Below are positions 28,049 to 38,260 of a stretch of 64,000 nt of DNA, piece by piece. The notes under the pieces are model-generated. The model did no database searches. It had not been told where the DNA came from and saw only the letters and a list, made by a program, of their open reading frames with translations. The DNA comes from Desulfomonilia bacterium (GTDB taxonomy: Bacteria > Desulfobacterota > Desulfomonilia > UBA1062), in NCBI GenBank assembly GCA_963664325.2, contig CAXXDQ010000005.1, forward strand, positions 96,001 to 160,000. Direction: 5' to 3'. Each line of letters opens with the position of its first letter. Position 1 is the stretch's first letter. The position numbers were made by a program, and so were the translations under genes.

Positions 28049-28894
28049 TTATTTTCCTGCATGTTCCGAACCGGGTCGGCCTACCCATTCCTTCATACCT
28101 TGGGCCAAACCCATTAGCAGCAGCACCCTGACCATTACGAAATCAGGCAGAAGCGCCCTGGCGATTACTCCGATATGAAGCATCGGCGGTATCTTGATTA
28201 CGTTGCGGCCTTTCTTCAGCGCCTTTTCAACAATGGCCTCGGCAACCGTGTCGTGCTTCTCCACCCTTGGCACAACCAGTTCCCCCAGGAAGTTCAGCCT
28301 TCCGCCTTCGAACATGCCTGTTTTAAGGAAATGGGGGTGAATCGAGGTATATCTTATATTCTTCTTGTCAAGAATCGCCTCGAACCTCAGCGATTCGGTC
28401 AGGCCCCACACTGCCCATTTCGTGGCGCAGTAAACGGCAAGGTCCGGTACTCCGAGAACACCTGCTGCGGATGATATGTTTATAATGTGCCCCAGATTCC
28501 TTTTGTACATTCCAGGGAGAAATGCCTGGATCGTGTAATACATCGATGTAAGGTTGACGTCCGTTTCCCTTTCCCAGTCCTCAACGGGACGGTCGCAGAA
28601 CCTGCCGGGTTTAACATAGCCTGCGTTATTGACCAGTATGTCCACCTGCCCCATGTCTTTTTCAGCCTGAACTGCAAGCTCTTTTACCCTTTTCTTGTCT
28701 GTTACATCGCACTGATAGGTAAAGACCTTTCCGCCTCCTATCCGCTCAAGGTCTGCCTTTGCGTCTTTAAGGGCATTTTCGTTCATATCCCATAATGTAA
28801 CGTCGCAGCCATCCATGATGAGCCTTCTGCATGTGGCAAATCCGATTCCCATTGCACCGCCGGTAACAACAGCCTTTTTCCCCCTGATATCCAT
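28049..28894 (-). CDS. SDR family oxidoreductase
   Basis: TGGAMGIG, NNAG, YCATK. Confidence 0.92.
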   Translation of the reverse strand: MDIRGKKAVVTGGAMGIGFATCRRLIMDGCDVTLWDMNENALKDAKADLERIGGGKVFTYQCDVTDKKRVKELAVQAEKDMGQVDILVNNAGYVKPGRFCDRPVEDWERETDVNLTSMYYTIQAFLPGMYKRNLGHIINISSAAGVLGVPDLAVYCATKWAVWGLTESLRFEAILDKKNIRYTSIHPHFLKTGMFEGGRLNFLGELVVPRVEKHDTVAEAIVEKALKKGRNVIKIPPMLHIGVIARALLPDFVMVRVLLLMGLAQGMKEWVGRPGSEHAGK

Positions 28895-28918
28895 AATAAT
28901 GCCTCCTTCGTTATGATT

Positions 28919-31486
28919 TCATTCTTCAGCCCAGCGTATGAGCCCGATATCCACTGGAAATCTCACATGCTCATGTCGTGGCATGATCCTGATCGTATAC
29001 CCGAACCGGCCAGTATCTTCACAGGTCAGAACCGCCCTGAATTTGTGTATGCCGTCACCGAGACTCTTTTCATGTTCCATCACAAGATCCCGGGTGTCGG
29101 CAAGGTTATTGGCATCATCAAGGATACCGTAATAAACGCGCGCGCTTATCTGTGACGGTTCGATGGCGCCCAGCTGTATTTTGGCATTGATGACAAGCTC
29201 GGAATCCACCTTTACCTCGGCGCTGCCCTCGTGGTCCATTTCAAGCACTTTGACCGATTTCCAGTTTGTGACAAGGTGATTACGCCATTCCACGATATCC
29301 TTGGCCACCTTGAAATTGCTTGCTGAAAGGGTCTTATGGTTTAGGGCCGCCTCCATATAGCAGCGGTCGGTATATTCCTCCACCATCCTGTTCGAATTAA
29401 AGGCCGGGCAAAGGGTGCGCATGGATTTCTTCATCATGGATATCCAGCCACGGGGAAGGCCGTCAAGGCCCCTTTCATAGAATATGGGGATTATCTCCCG
29501 CTCAAGAAGGTCGTAAATGGCCTTGCTCTCCACCAGATCCTGGTTTTCCCAGTTGTCATATTTTTCATCCTTGCCGATGGACCAGCCGAGTCCCGGTGCA
29601 TAACCCTCGTCCCACCAGCCGTCTTCAACGCTTAAATTCAAGGCCCCGTTTGCCGTCGCCTTCATCCCGGAAGTGCCGCAGGCTTCGAGAGGCCTGCGCG
29701 GATTGTTGAGCCAGATGTCCACGCCCTGAACCAGATATCTTCCGATATTCATATTGTAGTCTTCGAGGAACACGATTTTATCCCTGAACGGGTCTTCCCT
29801 GCTTGCATGGATAATCCTCTGGATTATATCCTTTCCCTCGCTGTCCCTGGGATGGGCTTTTCCTGCAACAATAAGCTGTACCGGCCGTTCCTTGCTTGAC
29901 AGGATTGCCTTGAGCCGCTCTATATCCTTGAAAATAAGAAGGCCCCTCTTGTAAGTCGCCATGCGCCTTGCAAAACCTATTGTCAGAGCATCCGGCTTGA
30001 GCACCTCCCTTGCCCTTTCGATTTTCCCTGGGGTTTACCCCCTGTCTTTTAAGCTGGTCAATCAGGCGCTTTCTTGAAAACTCCACAAGCCTTCTTCGCC
30101 TTCTCTCATGGGTGTACCAGAGCTCGGTATCGGGTATTTCATCAATCCTTTCCCAGAGCCTGCTGCTGTCAGGGTCCTCCTTCCATTCGGGGCCCAGGTA
30201 CCTGTCAAAGAGGTCCGCCATTTCGGCGGATATCCATGAGGGGATATGTATTCCGTTCGTAACGGATGAAATAGGGATCTCATCCGGGGATACATGGGGC
30301 CATATGTCCCTCCACATATTCCTTGAAACCACACCGTGAAGCTTGCTCACGCCGTTTCTGAATTCGGAGGTTCTGAGTGCGAAGACAGTCGCTCCAAAAG
30401 GCTCTGAACTGTCTTTTGTGTTCTGCCGGCCCATCTTCATGAAATCGTTCCAGGATATGCCCACTTCATCAGTTGTAAGGCTTTATATACCTCTCAACGA
30501 GGTTCGCGTTGAAGACGTCGTTTCCGGCCGGAACAGGTGTGTGTGTTGTGAAGACCATGGATGATCTGACAAGTGCAAAGGCCGTCGGGAAATCAAGCCC
30601 GGTGTTCAGCATGTAAGACCTGATCCTTTCCAGCCCTACAAGGAAGCTGTGGCCTTCGTTCATGTGATAGACCATGGGATCAATGCCAAGCGCCTTCAGG
30701 GCCCTTATACCGCCTATTCCCAGGATGATTTCCTGCTTGAGCCGGTATTCCTCGTTTCCTCCGTAGAGGTTTGCGGTAAGCTGCCTGTCGTCTTCGGTGT
30801 TTTCAGATATGTTCGTATCAAGGAGATACAGGGGGGATCCTTCCCACATTGCAGCGCCATATCTGGAGTTTGATATCGTGGTCTCCCATTCTGAGAGGTA
30901 TCCTGTAAGGAATTCCCTTGCTGTCTTTTTCAAGCGTCAGCGCCATATGGTAAAAATCATTATCCGTATCCTTTTCCTGCTGCCAGCCGTCAACGTTCAA
31001 CTGCTGGGTAAAATAGCCGTGCTTGTACATGAGGCCCACACTGATTAAAGGGAGCCTCAGATCGCTTGCGCTTTTAAGGTGATCGCCGGCTAATATGCCC
31101 AGGCCGCCTGAATATATAGGCAGGCTTTCCGTGATGCCGTATTCCATGGAAAAGTAACCGATCTTAAAATCGATGGGCTGGGAAATCAGAAAAGAATAGA
31201 CGCCTTTTTCAGACATGTAGTCGGTGAATGCCTCATAAGTTTTTTCCATCTGGGACAGGAACCCTTCATCCTCAAGGAGGTCCATTATCCGGGACTGGGA
31301 GATTTTTGATAACATGTTTACCGGATTGTGGACGATTTCCTCCCAGAGGTCCCTGTCCATGTGTCTGAAGAGCCTCAACCCCTGCTGGTTCCAGGAGAAC
31401 CACAGATTCAAGGCCAGTTCTTTAACCGGCTTGAGCATTTCGGGAAGGGCTGGCCTTACCCAATATGGAACTTTCTTTATCTGCAT
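28919..31486 (-). pseudogene. glgP: Alpha-glucan (glycogen) phosphorylase broken by three +1 frameshifts (pseudogene or assembly error)
   Basis: YFSMEYG..YSGGLG.LAGDH, LYLLDTN, NEGH, FTTHTPVPAG, NGVSKLHG, GFARRMATYKR, EACGTSGMK spread over four ORFs. Confidence 0.9.
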
Positions 31487-31531
31487 AAGGACCCCCTTTC
31501 AAAATAAGGACAGGTTGCAGCCTGCCGGAAT

Positions 31532-31556
31532 AAGGGCGGGGTCATCCCCGCCTTTT
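31532..31556 (-). terminator. Intrinsic terminator after cpoB (possibly bidirectional)
   Basis: ggcgggg-tcat-ccccgcc hairpin with A/T flanks. Confidence 0.65.
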
Positions 31557-31584
31557 AAGTCTTTCAAATGCTTATGTTTTGCAG

Positions 31585-32364
31585 CTATTTCTTTTTAGTT
31601 TTTTTTGCCTGGGACGATTTCGAACCGGCCTTTTCATTAAGTTTGGCCTTTGCCTTCTTTGCGGCTTCAGTTTCAGGATATGCCTTTACCACCTTTTCCA
31701 GGGAAAGGCGTCCGGCCTCGTTGTCTCCGAGCTCAATCAGGGCTACGCCTTCCTTATAAAGGCAGTCAGGCACCTTCGGGCTTTTGGGGTAATTTTTTAT
31801 TACCATGTCATACCTGTCCATGGCCGCCTCGAAATTGCCTTCTGCAAAGAGGCATTCCCCTGCCCAGAAACTGGCGTTGTCTATAAGGTCGCCGTTCGGA
31901 TAGTTTGCAATATAGGCATCAAATGCCTTGAGGGCCTCCAGGTTCTTCCCGGCCCTGTATTTTTCCAGCGCCGCATCGTATTGTGATTTTGATGATGCTG
32001 CAGCTGCCTGTCCTTTCATTGTACCTTCCAGGATCAGGACCCTTGCCTCAATATCCCTGAGTTTTGTTACATCCGCTTTCGGGGAAGCCGATAGCTCCTC
32101 GATCTTGCCCTGGATTTCCCTTATCTGCGTCTGAAGGTCATTGAATTGAGACTGGATGGATGCCTGGTTTTTCAAAGACTGGGCCTTGTCGCTGCTTATG
32201 GTCCCCAGGTCCTTTTCAAGCTTGTCGTTTCTGGCTTTCAGGGCATCGAGTTCAGTCTTGAGGTTCGTAAAATCGCGCTGCGATGCACAGCCGGCAAGCA
32301 TGAAAATTGCAGCGGAAAAAAGAATTATGCCGAATACCGATAGAGTCTTATTTTTCAAACGCAT
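31585..32364 (-). CDS. cpoB: Tol-Pal associated TPR protein CpoB/YbgF
   Basis: Lipobox LAGC, coiled coil, TPRs (NASFWAGE, YPKSPKVPD, YPETEAAKKA); follows pal. Confidence 0.9.
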   Translation of the reverse strand: MRLKNKTLSVFGIILFSAAIFMLAGCASQRDFTNLKTELDALKARNDKLEKDLGTISSDKAQSLKNQASIQSQFNDLQTQIREIQGKIEELSASPKADVTKLRDIEARVLILEGTMKGQAAAASSKSQYDAALEKYRAGKNLEALKAFDAYIANYPNGDLIDNASFWAGECLFAEGNFEAAMDRYDMVIKNYPKSPKVPDCLYKEGVALIELGDNEAGRLSLEKVVKAYPETEAAKKAKAKLNEKAGSKSSQAKKTKKK

Positions 32365-32926
32365 CAAAGTGTGCCCTCCTGTTTTTTGCCCAGGCTTCTT
32401 CATTGTGACCCGAAGCCGCAGGCTTTTCCTTACCGTAGCTAATAACGGAAAGCCGGTTCCCGTCAATCCCCAGGAACATAAGGTATTTCTTGACCTCACC
32501 CGCCCTTTTTTCTCCCAGGGCCAGGTTGTACTCCGTTGTTCCGCGTTCATCGCAATGGCCTTCAACCGTGATCTTGAGCTTCGGATGTGTTTTAAGGAAT
32601 GCCGCTTTCGAGGCCAGTATCCTCTTGCCATCCTGTGACACGGTAAACTCGTCAAAATTGAAATAAATGTCTTCTTCTTCAAACTTTTTCAGACTGTCAG
32701 CCGCTGCACTCATATCCTGCCCCGAGGAAGACTGCATTACGGGCATTTCAATCGGCTGGGGGATGATCTCCGGTGAAGGTGCTGTATTGAGCGATGTGCT
32801 GTTCTGCCCCTGGTTCTGGCCATGAGGGCCGTAAACCTGCTCGATTTTTTTCTTGGCGCAAGCACAGGTAAGAATCATTACAAGCACAATAAGCAGGATG
32901 AAGGTTTTTTTCTGCCGGATCATCAT
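32348..32926 (-). CDS. pal: Peptidoglycan-associated lipoprotein
   Basis: IYFNFD, EGHCDERGTTEYNLALGEKRA, SYGKEKP, NRRA. Confidence 0.96.
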   Translation of the reverse strand: MMIRQKKTFILLIVLVMILTCACAKKKIEQVYGPHGQNQGQNSTSLNTAPSPEIIPQPIEMPVMQSSSGQDMSAAADSLKKFEEEDIYFNFDEFTVSQDGKRILASKAAFLKTHPKLKITVEGHCDERGTTEYNLALGEKRAGEVKKYLMFLGIDGNRLSVISYGKEKPAASGHNEEAWAKNRRAHFDAFEK

Positions 32927-33021
32927 ATTCTCCTTGGAAGCACTTTCCTAATGATAAAAAATTTTATCACAGCTTGAACAATACATGTACATATAAAAAC
33001 ATACCATGAAATTCTGTATTC

Positions 33022-34311
33022 TTACCTGAGGACAGGACCCCATGCCGGCTGGCTGAATCGTCCTCCCGAATTCGTTACACGAACCGGTCTGCTGCCGTTC
33101 AGGTCGGTTATGTACAGGTTTCCGTCACCGGAGGCAAAGACCAAGAGCCTGCCGTCAGGTGAGAAGGCGGGGGAAAAGTCTTCAAAATCAGTGCCGCCAA
33201 GGACCCTCAGATCGGATCCGTCCGGCTTTATCGTGGCTATATGAAAAGCCCCGTTGTCTCCGACATATGTGAAGGCAATCAGGTCGCCTTTGGGTGAAAA
33301 TCTTGGTTCTGTATTCTTTTTCCCCTGGAAGGTGATCCTGCTTTCCTTTCCCGTCGAGAGGTCTTTTATGTAAAGCTGCGGCGAACCGCCCCTGTCGGAA
33401 CAGAATACAATCCTGCCCCCGTCCGGGGAAAAACTGGCAGAGGTGTCAATGCCTGCTGAATTGATGATGCGGGTGGTTGCTTTTGTGCCGAGGTCCATCA
33501 TGTATATGGACTGGTTGCCGTCTCTTGACATGGTCAGGGCCAGCTTCGACCCCGAGGGGTGAAAGGCTGGAGCCGTGTTTAGCCCCCTGGCGCCTGACAG
33601 AAGGGTCGCATTGCCCTGCGAAAAGTTTATCAGCCATAAATCAGGGTTTCTCCTTGCATAGGATACAAAGGCTATCCTGTTGCCGTCCGGAGAAAAGGCG
33701 GGGCTCAATACGATGTCGCCGGCTTTAGCCTTTAACAGCGGGAACCCGCCGGTTCCATCCGGCCTGCATGTGTACAGCGTCCGGCCCGAACCAGTCTGCA
33801 TCACGGAAACGATCTTCGAGTTGAACATGGGGGGAAGGCCCAAAGAATCCTTGAGAAATGAGTCCACAAAATTATTGATGCTCAGATAGACGGCATCCCT
33901 GAAGGGCTTGTAATCAAGGGAGGTCACGATCTTTCCGGTTATGTCGGCGGCCTCAAGCCGCAGGTTTACGGATTTGCCGTCAGCCGGGGTGAGGGAGCCC
34001 GTAACGATGAAATCGGCACCGATCAGGCTGAAGTCTGACAGCTTCGCCTGGGATGTCGATGAGATGGAGGCCTGTGACGGATAGGTTTTCGGGTCTATAA
34101 CGTCAAACACCCCGGCAATTTCAAGGTCTTTTTTCAATATTGCCCATGCCGGGCCTGCCAGATCGGTCGGACCTGCAAAAAGGGGCATGGCCACTTTTAC
34201 CTTCTTTACGCCGCCGGCCTGGATAACGATGGTTTCATCCTGTGCCCATGCGCTGCTAAAAAGAACAAAAAAGACAATTATAAACAAACCGGACAAAGTG
34301 CAACGTTTCAT
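33022..34311 (-). CDS. tolB: TolB beta-propeller protein
   Basis: Repeated PAFSPDG (PD40) motifs, SDRGGSPQLY; operon position. Confidence 0.93.
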   Translation of the reverse strand: MKRCTLSGLFIIVFFVLFSSAWAQDETIVIQAGGVKKVKVAMPLFAGPTDLAGPAWAILKKDLEIAGVFDVIDPKTYPSQASISSTSQAKLSDFSLIGADFIVTGSLTPADGKSVNLRLEAADITGKIVTSLDYKPFRDAVYLSINNFVDSFLKDSLGLPPMFNSKIVSVMQTGSGRTLYTCRPDGTGGFPLLKAKAGDIVLSPAFSPDGNRIAFVSYARRNPDLWLINFSQGNATLLSGARGLNTAPAFHPSGSKLALTMSRDGNQSIYMMDLGTKATTRIINSAGIDTSASFSPDGGRIVFCSDRGGSPQLYIKDLSTGKESRITFQGKKNTEPRFSPKGDLIAFTYVGDNGAFHIATIKPDGSDLRVLGGTDFEDFSPAFSPDGRLLVFASGDGNLYITDLNGSRPVRVTNSGGRFSQPAWGPVLR

Positions 34312-34724
34312 TTATATCTCCTTAAATCTTCATGTGGTGTAACAAATGTAATTGTATATTCATCTTTTCCATCCGGCGGAGGAGGTAGCTTAATCTTGCT
34401 CAGGGCAGTTTCAACCGAACTGTCGTATGCTTTATTGCCGGAGGAAATAATCATTTTTTTACTGATGATTTCTCCTGTCTTGGAAATTTTTATAATATAT
34501 GTAACTTTGAGGTCAGGGTTAATATGCTGATCTTGTGGTAGTTGCCACACCTGTTTGAGTCTTAGCATTACGTTCCCGGCCCACTCCTCGTTTTTTGTAG
34601 CAGTATGCGTTATCGGTTCGGAGGAGATATCGGAAGTAATTTTCTTTTTCCCAGCGCATGCAGAGCATAACAAAATAATTATAAACATAACAAATATAAT
34701 TCGTTTAATATTAATCATTCTCAA
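34308..34724 (-). CDS. Lipoprotein carrying a TolA/TonB C-terminal domain (TolA paralog)
   Basis: IILLCSAC-AGKKKI signal; QVWQLP...SSGNKAYDSSVETAL..IKLPPPP closely matches the TolA C-terminus. Confidence 0.8.
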   Translation of the reverse strand: MRMINIKRIIFVMFIIILLCSACAGKKKITSDISSEPITHTATKNEEWAGNVMLRLKQVWQLPQDQHINPDLKVTYIIKISKTGEIISKKMIISSGNKAYDSSVETALSKIKLPPPPDGKDEYTITFVTPHEDLRRYK

Positions 34725-35371
34725 TTCCCATAAGGTGGAACGAATGTTAGTGACCCTATATATTCCCCTCCGGGCGGCGGTGGTAGCTTGATCCTGCTCA
34801 ATGCAATTTCAACTGAGCGGTCGTAAGGCCTGTTGCCCGAAGAGACCACCAGTTTCTTGCTTATTATATCCCCTGATCTCGAAATCCTGATATCGTAGGT
34901 CGCCTTCAGATCCGGGCTGATTGTTACCCCTTCCGGTATCTGCCATACCTGCCGGAATCTTGCTATTACAATTCCTGCCCATGCCTGATTCCTTGCAACC
35001 TCACCGTATCCGCTTTCACCTGAAGTTTCCACGTTTCCCTGACGGTTTTGCCGGCCCTGCTGCGGAGAGGGTGAAGGCCTGGCCGGCTCCGAATCCAGAT
35101 CGGGTTCCGGCAATCTGGAGAGGTTTTCATTGGCCGGTACGTCTTTTGAAATCTCCCCGAAGTCCCTGATTTTCGGTACAGGCGAAGGAACGGCAAAATT
35201 CTTGAAACTTCCACCTGAAACAGAGGCACCAGGGGGTCCGGGAACAATATCGACCTCATACACGACCGGAACCGCTTTTGCCTTTGAGGAGAAATCCGGC
35301 AGTATAACCCCTGCAAAAAATCCTATATGCAGTAAAAGGGATATAGCTATAAAAACATGAAACCTTCTCAT
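34721..35371 (-). CDS. tolA: TolA-like energy transducer
   Basis: TM anchor with SLLLH, Pro-rich linker, SSGNRPYDRSV C-terminal domain. Confidence 0.85.
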   Translation of the reverse strand: MRRFHVFIAISLLLHIGFFAGVILPDFSSKAKAVPVVYEVDIVPGPPGASVSGGSFKNFAVPSPVPKIRDFGEISKDVPANENLSRLPEPDLDSEPARPSPSPQQGRQNRQGNVETSGESGYGEVARNQAWAGIVIARFRQVWQIPEGVTISPDLKATYDIRISRSGDIISKKLVVSSGNRPYDRSVEIALSRIKLPPPPGGEYIGSLTFVPPYGN

Positions 35372-35373
35372 CC

Positions 35374-35784
35374 TTACCTGTTCAAGGGTGGTTGAGTGAC
35401 AAGCCCCAGCTTCGTAAGACCCGAGCCCCTGATCAGGGCCATGACTTCCACGACATATCCATACGGCACCCCTTTGTCGGCCTGGAGGAATACGTTTTCA
35501 ATTCCCCTCTGCTGGACAATCTGCTCAAGCAGCGGGGTCAGCCTGGCTATTTCTATAGTAGAACCGTTGATATCAATTTTTTTATCCTTGCTTATGGTTA
35601 CAATTATATCCTGGGACTGGCTTGGGAGCGCTTTTGATTCCACCTCTGGGAGGTTTACATTCATACCTTCCTTCATCATGGGAGCGGAAACCATGAATAT
35701 TATGAGAAGCACCAGTATTACATCGACCAGGGGTGTTACGTTAATGCCCGATACGATTTTGCCTCTATTGTTTCCTGTCTCCAT
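35374..35784 (-). CDS. tolR: TolR/ExbD
   Basis: INVTPLVDVILVLLIIFMV.AP, ADKGVPYG. Confidence 0.93.
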   Translation of the reverse strand: METGNNRGKIVSGINVTPLVDVILVLLIIFMVSAPMMKEGMNVNLPEVESKALPSQSQDIIVTISKDKKIDINGSTIEIARLTPLLEQIVQQRGIENVFLQADKGVPYGYVVEVMALIRGSGLTKLGLVTQPPLNR

Positions 35785-36481
35785 ACAGGCTCCTCCTGGT
35801 CCAGTTCATGTACTCAATCATGAATTGATCCATCTGTCGGTATATGTGATCCATGACACCGGTGAAATAGTTATAAAAAAGGACCGCCGGTATTGCCACA
35901 AAAAGTCCTGCCGCCGTTGCAACAAGCGCTTCGGAAATGCCCGGTGCTACCGTTGCCAGATTTGCAGAACCCATAAGGCCTATTTCCCTGAACGAATCCA
36001 TTATTCCCCAGACGGTACCGAACAGGCCTATAAAAGGGGATGCATTGCTGATGCTGGCAAGAAATCCGAGCCCCCTGCCCAGGGACATGGACTCGTTTGC
36101 GGAAATGCTCTTGATCTTGCCCTCGATATTTTCCAGCAAGGCGGGTGAAATCGAATTGCTGGTGTCCGTTATCCTGTCAAACTCAAGCTGGGCGGCATTA
36201 TACAGTCTTGCGACGGGGGAATCACCGGCCTGCCTGACCCGTTCGGATATCTTTGACTGCAAGCCGCCTTGTCCCAGCGCGTTAAGGATAACTTCTCCGC
36301 TCTTCCTGGCCTTTTTAAACACTATCCATTTCTGGATGATGATCGCCCAGGAAATTACTGAAAAAACCAGCAGGCACGTAAGAACAATCTTTACAATGGG
36401 GTCAGAATCAATGACCATGGCCCCGATATCGCCCCTGAACTGGCCCGGAGCCGCAAACGCCGTCGCAGCCAGCATTAGCAT
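35765..36481 (-). CDS. tolQ: TolQ/ExbB
   Basis: SPFIGLFGTVWGIM, VAPGISEALVATAAGL. Confidence 0.95.
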   Translation of the reverse strand: MLMLAATAFAAPGQFRGDIGAMVIDSDPIVKIVLTCLLVFSVISWAIIIQKWIVFKKARKSGEVILNALGQGGLQSKISERVRQAGDSPVARLYNAAQLEFDRITDTSNSISPALLENIEGKIKSISANESMSLGRGLGFLASISNASPFIGLFGTVWGIMDSFREIGLMGSANLATVAPGISEALVATAAGLFVAIPAVLFYNYFTGVMDHIYRQMDQFMIEYMNWTRRSLYGDRKQ

Positions 36482-36860
36482 GAGTACCTCCCGTTAAAAA
36501 ATTTATTTAAGGTAGTCTTTAGACACCTAAGTCTACATATATATTTTAAAGAGTCGTTTGTTCAAGTGCAAACCTCAAACCGTAAAGTTGATGGCATTCG
36601 GGGTTGCATTCTTTATATGTCCGCCGGGACCGGCGGTAATCATACCCCTCGGGTGTCGGCGCAAGGAGTTTGAATAATTCTTCAGAATTCACAATCCATT
36701 TGTACTCCATCCCTTTTTTAATTACCAGATGGAAAATCAAATTAATGGCACTTTTTGACATTTTGTTACTATTATATAACTACATGAATAAATAAAATAA
36801 TTTTAGACCTAAAGTATTATATTATTATTGACCGATAATAATGATTGTAATATAGGCAAA

Positions 36861-36879
36861 ATAGTGCCAAAAAGTGGCA
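36861..36879 (+). promoter_or_regulatory. Putative MraZ operator (GTG boxes 10 bp apart)
   Basis: atagtgcca / aaagtggca just before the mraZ RBS; TTGACC at 36828 as a possible -35. Confidence 0.5.
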
Positions 36880-36891
36880 TAAGAGGTTTAC

Positions 36892-37335
36892 ATGTTTAAA
36901 GGTCACTTTGTAAACTCTATTAATGACAAGGGGAGATTGAGCATCCCGTCCCGCTTCAGGGATGAGCTGGAGGTGTGCGGCACCGATAAGCTTGTTGTCA
37001 CCAAGGGGATAGACTCCTGTCTCGTGGCATATTCTCCCGAAGAATGGGAAAAGGTGGAGGAAAAAGCCTCACACCTGTCAAGTTATAAACCTGCAGGCAT
37101 ATTCTACAAAAGACACGTGATCGGATCAGCCGATGAATGCTTGATCGATGCCCAGGGCCGTATACTTGTTCATGCGAGCCTGCGCGATTACGCCGGACTT
37201 AAGAATAAATGCCTGTTTGTCGGAATCACTGACCGCTTCGAAATCTGGAATCATGAAACTTATGAGAGGATTATGAAAGAAGCGCTGGCAAGCCCGGGAG
37301 ACCTTCGCGAAGAGCTCGCGAAGCTCGGGCTTTAA
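36892..37335 (+). CDS. mraZ: Transcriptional regulator MraZ
   Basis: MFKG....I.DKGRL.IP.RFR, IDAQGRIL, FEIW. Confidence 0.95.
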   Translation: MFKGHFVNSINDKGRLSIPSRFRDELEVCGTDKLVVTKGIDSCLVAYSPEEWEKVEEKASHLSSYKPAGIFYKRHVIGSADECLIDAQGRILVHASLRDYAGLKNKCLFVGITDRFEIWNHETYERIMKEALASPGDLREELAKLGL

Positions 37336-37339
37336 TCTC

Positions 37340-38260
37340 ATGCGGCATGTAACGGTACTCCTCGAGGAGGTCGTTCAGTTGATAGCTCCAAGGGACGGCG
37401 GCAGGTATTTCGATGGCACGCTAGGTGGCGGAGGTCATGCGCAGGCCATTCTCGATGCAAGCGCACCAACCGGAATGCTTGCAGGGACAGACCTTGATGC
37501 CGATGCCGTTTCGAAACTTCAGGAGACATTCAGGTCATTCGGTTCAAGGGCCAGTTTTTTCAGAGGCAATTACACTTCAATAGATACAGTATGCACGACG
37601 CTGGGCTGGGAGAGCCTCTCGGGCGTAGTACTTGATCTTGGTGTTTCCTCGTTCCAGCTTGACATGGCGGACAAGGGCTTTTCATTTTCAAAGGAGGCCC
37701 CGCTCGATATGAGATTTGAAAGTGAAGCCGGGTTATCGGCTTATGATGTCGTCAACAGATATGAAGAAAAGGAACTGGCCAGGGTTATCTGGGAGTACGG
37801 CGAGGAAAGATTTTCAAGAAGAATTGCCGGGAAAATTGCCTGTAACAGGCCGGTCGAGACCACCACGGCCCTTGCCGATCTTGTCTCCGGGGCAATCCCG
37901 AGGAAGTTCTGGCCTGTAAATATCCATCCTGCGACAAGGACCTTCCAGGCAATAAGGATAGAGGTCAACCGGGAGCTTGACAATCTCAGGGAATTCCTTC
38001 CCAAGGCGGCGACACTGCTTGAGCCGGGCGGCGTCATGGCAATAATTTCGTTCCACTCGCTTGAGGACAGGATTGTGAAACAGTTTTTTGCAGGTCCTGT
38101 GCCTGACATCTCCGCGAGGGAAATACCGGTTCCAGCCGGAACGGATATGCCGATGATGGAAAGGATAACAAAAAAACCGGTTATGCCCTCACCCGTGGAA
38201 ATCAACTCCAATCCGAGGGCAAGGAGCGCCAAACTCAGGGCTGCGAGGAGAAAAGGATGA
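37340..38260 (+). CDS. rsmH: 16S rRNA m4C1402 methyltransferase
   Basis: DGTLGGGGH, DLGVSSFQLD, PLDMR, FQAIRIEVN, FHSLEDRIVK, NPRARSAKLR. Confidence 0.97.
   Translation: MRHVTVLLEEVVQLIAPRDGGRYFDGTLGGGGHAQAILDASAPTGMLAGTDLDADAVSKLQETFRSFGSRASFFRGNYTSIDTVCTTLGWESLSGVVLDLGVSSFQLDMADKGFSFSKEAPLDMRFESEAGLSAYDVVNRYEEKELARVIWEYGEERFSRRIAGKIACNRPVETTTALADLVSGAIPRKFWPVNIHPATRTFQAIRIEVNRELDNLREFLPKAATLLEPGGVMAIISFHSLEDRIVKQFFAGPVPDISAREIPVPAGTDMPMMERITKKPVMPSPVEINSNPRARSAKLRAARRKG

Noticed and set aside
32365-32682. Long N-terminal extension of cpoB in the ORF track
   Set aside because: Alternative frame of pal; the RBS and lipoprotein signal point to ATG 32364
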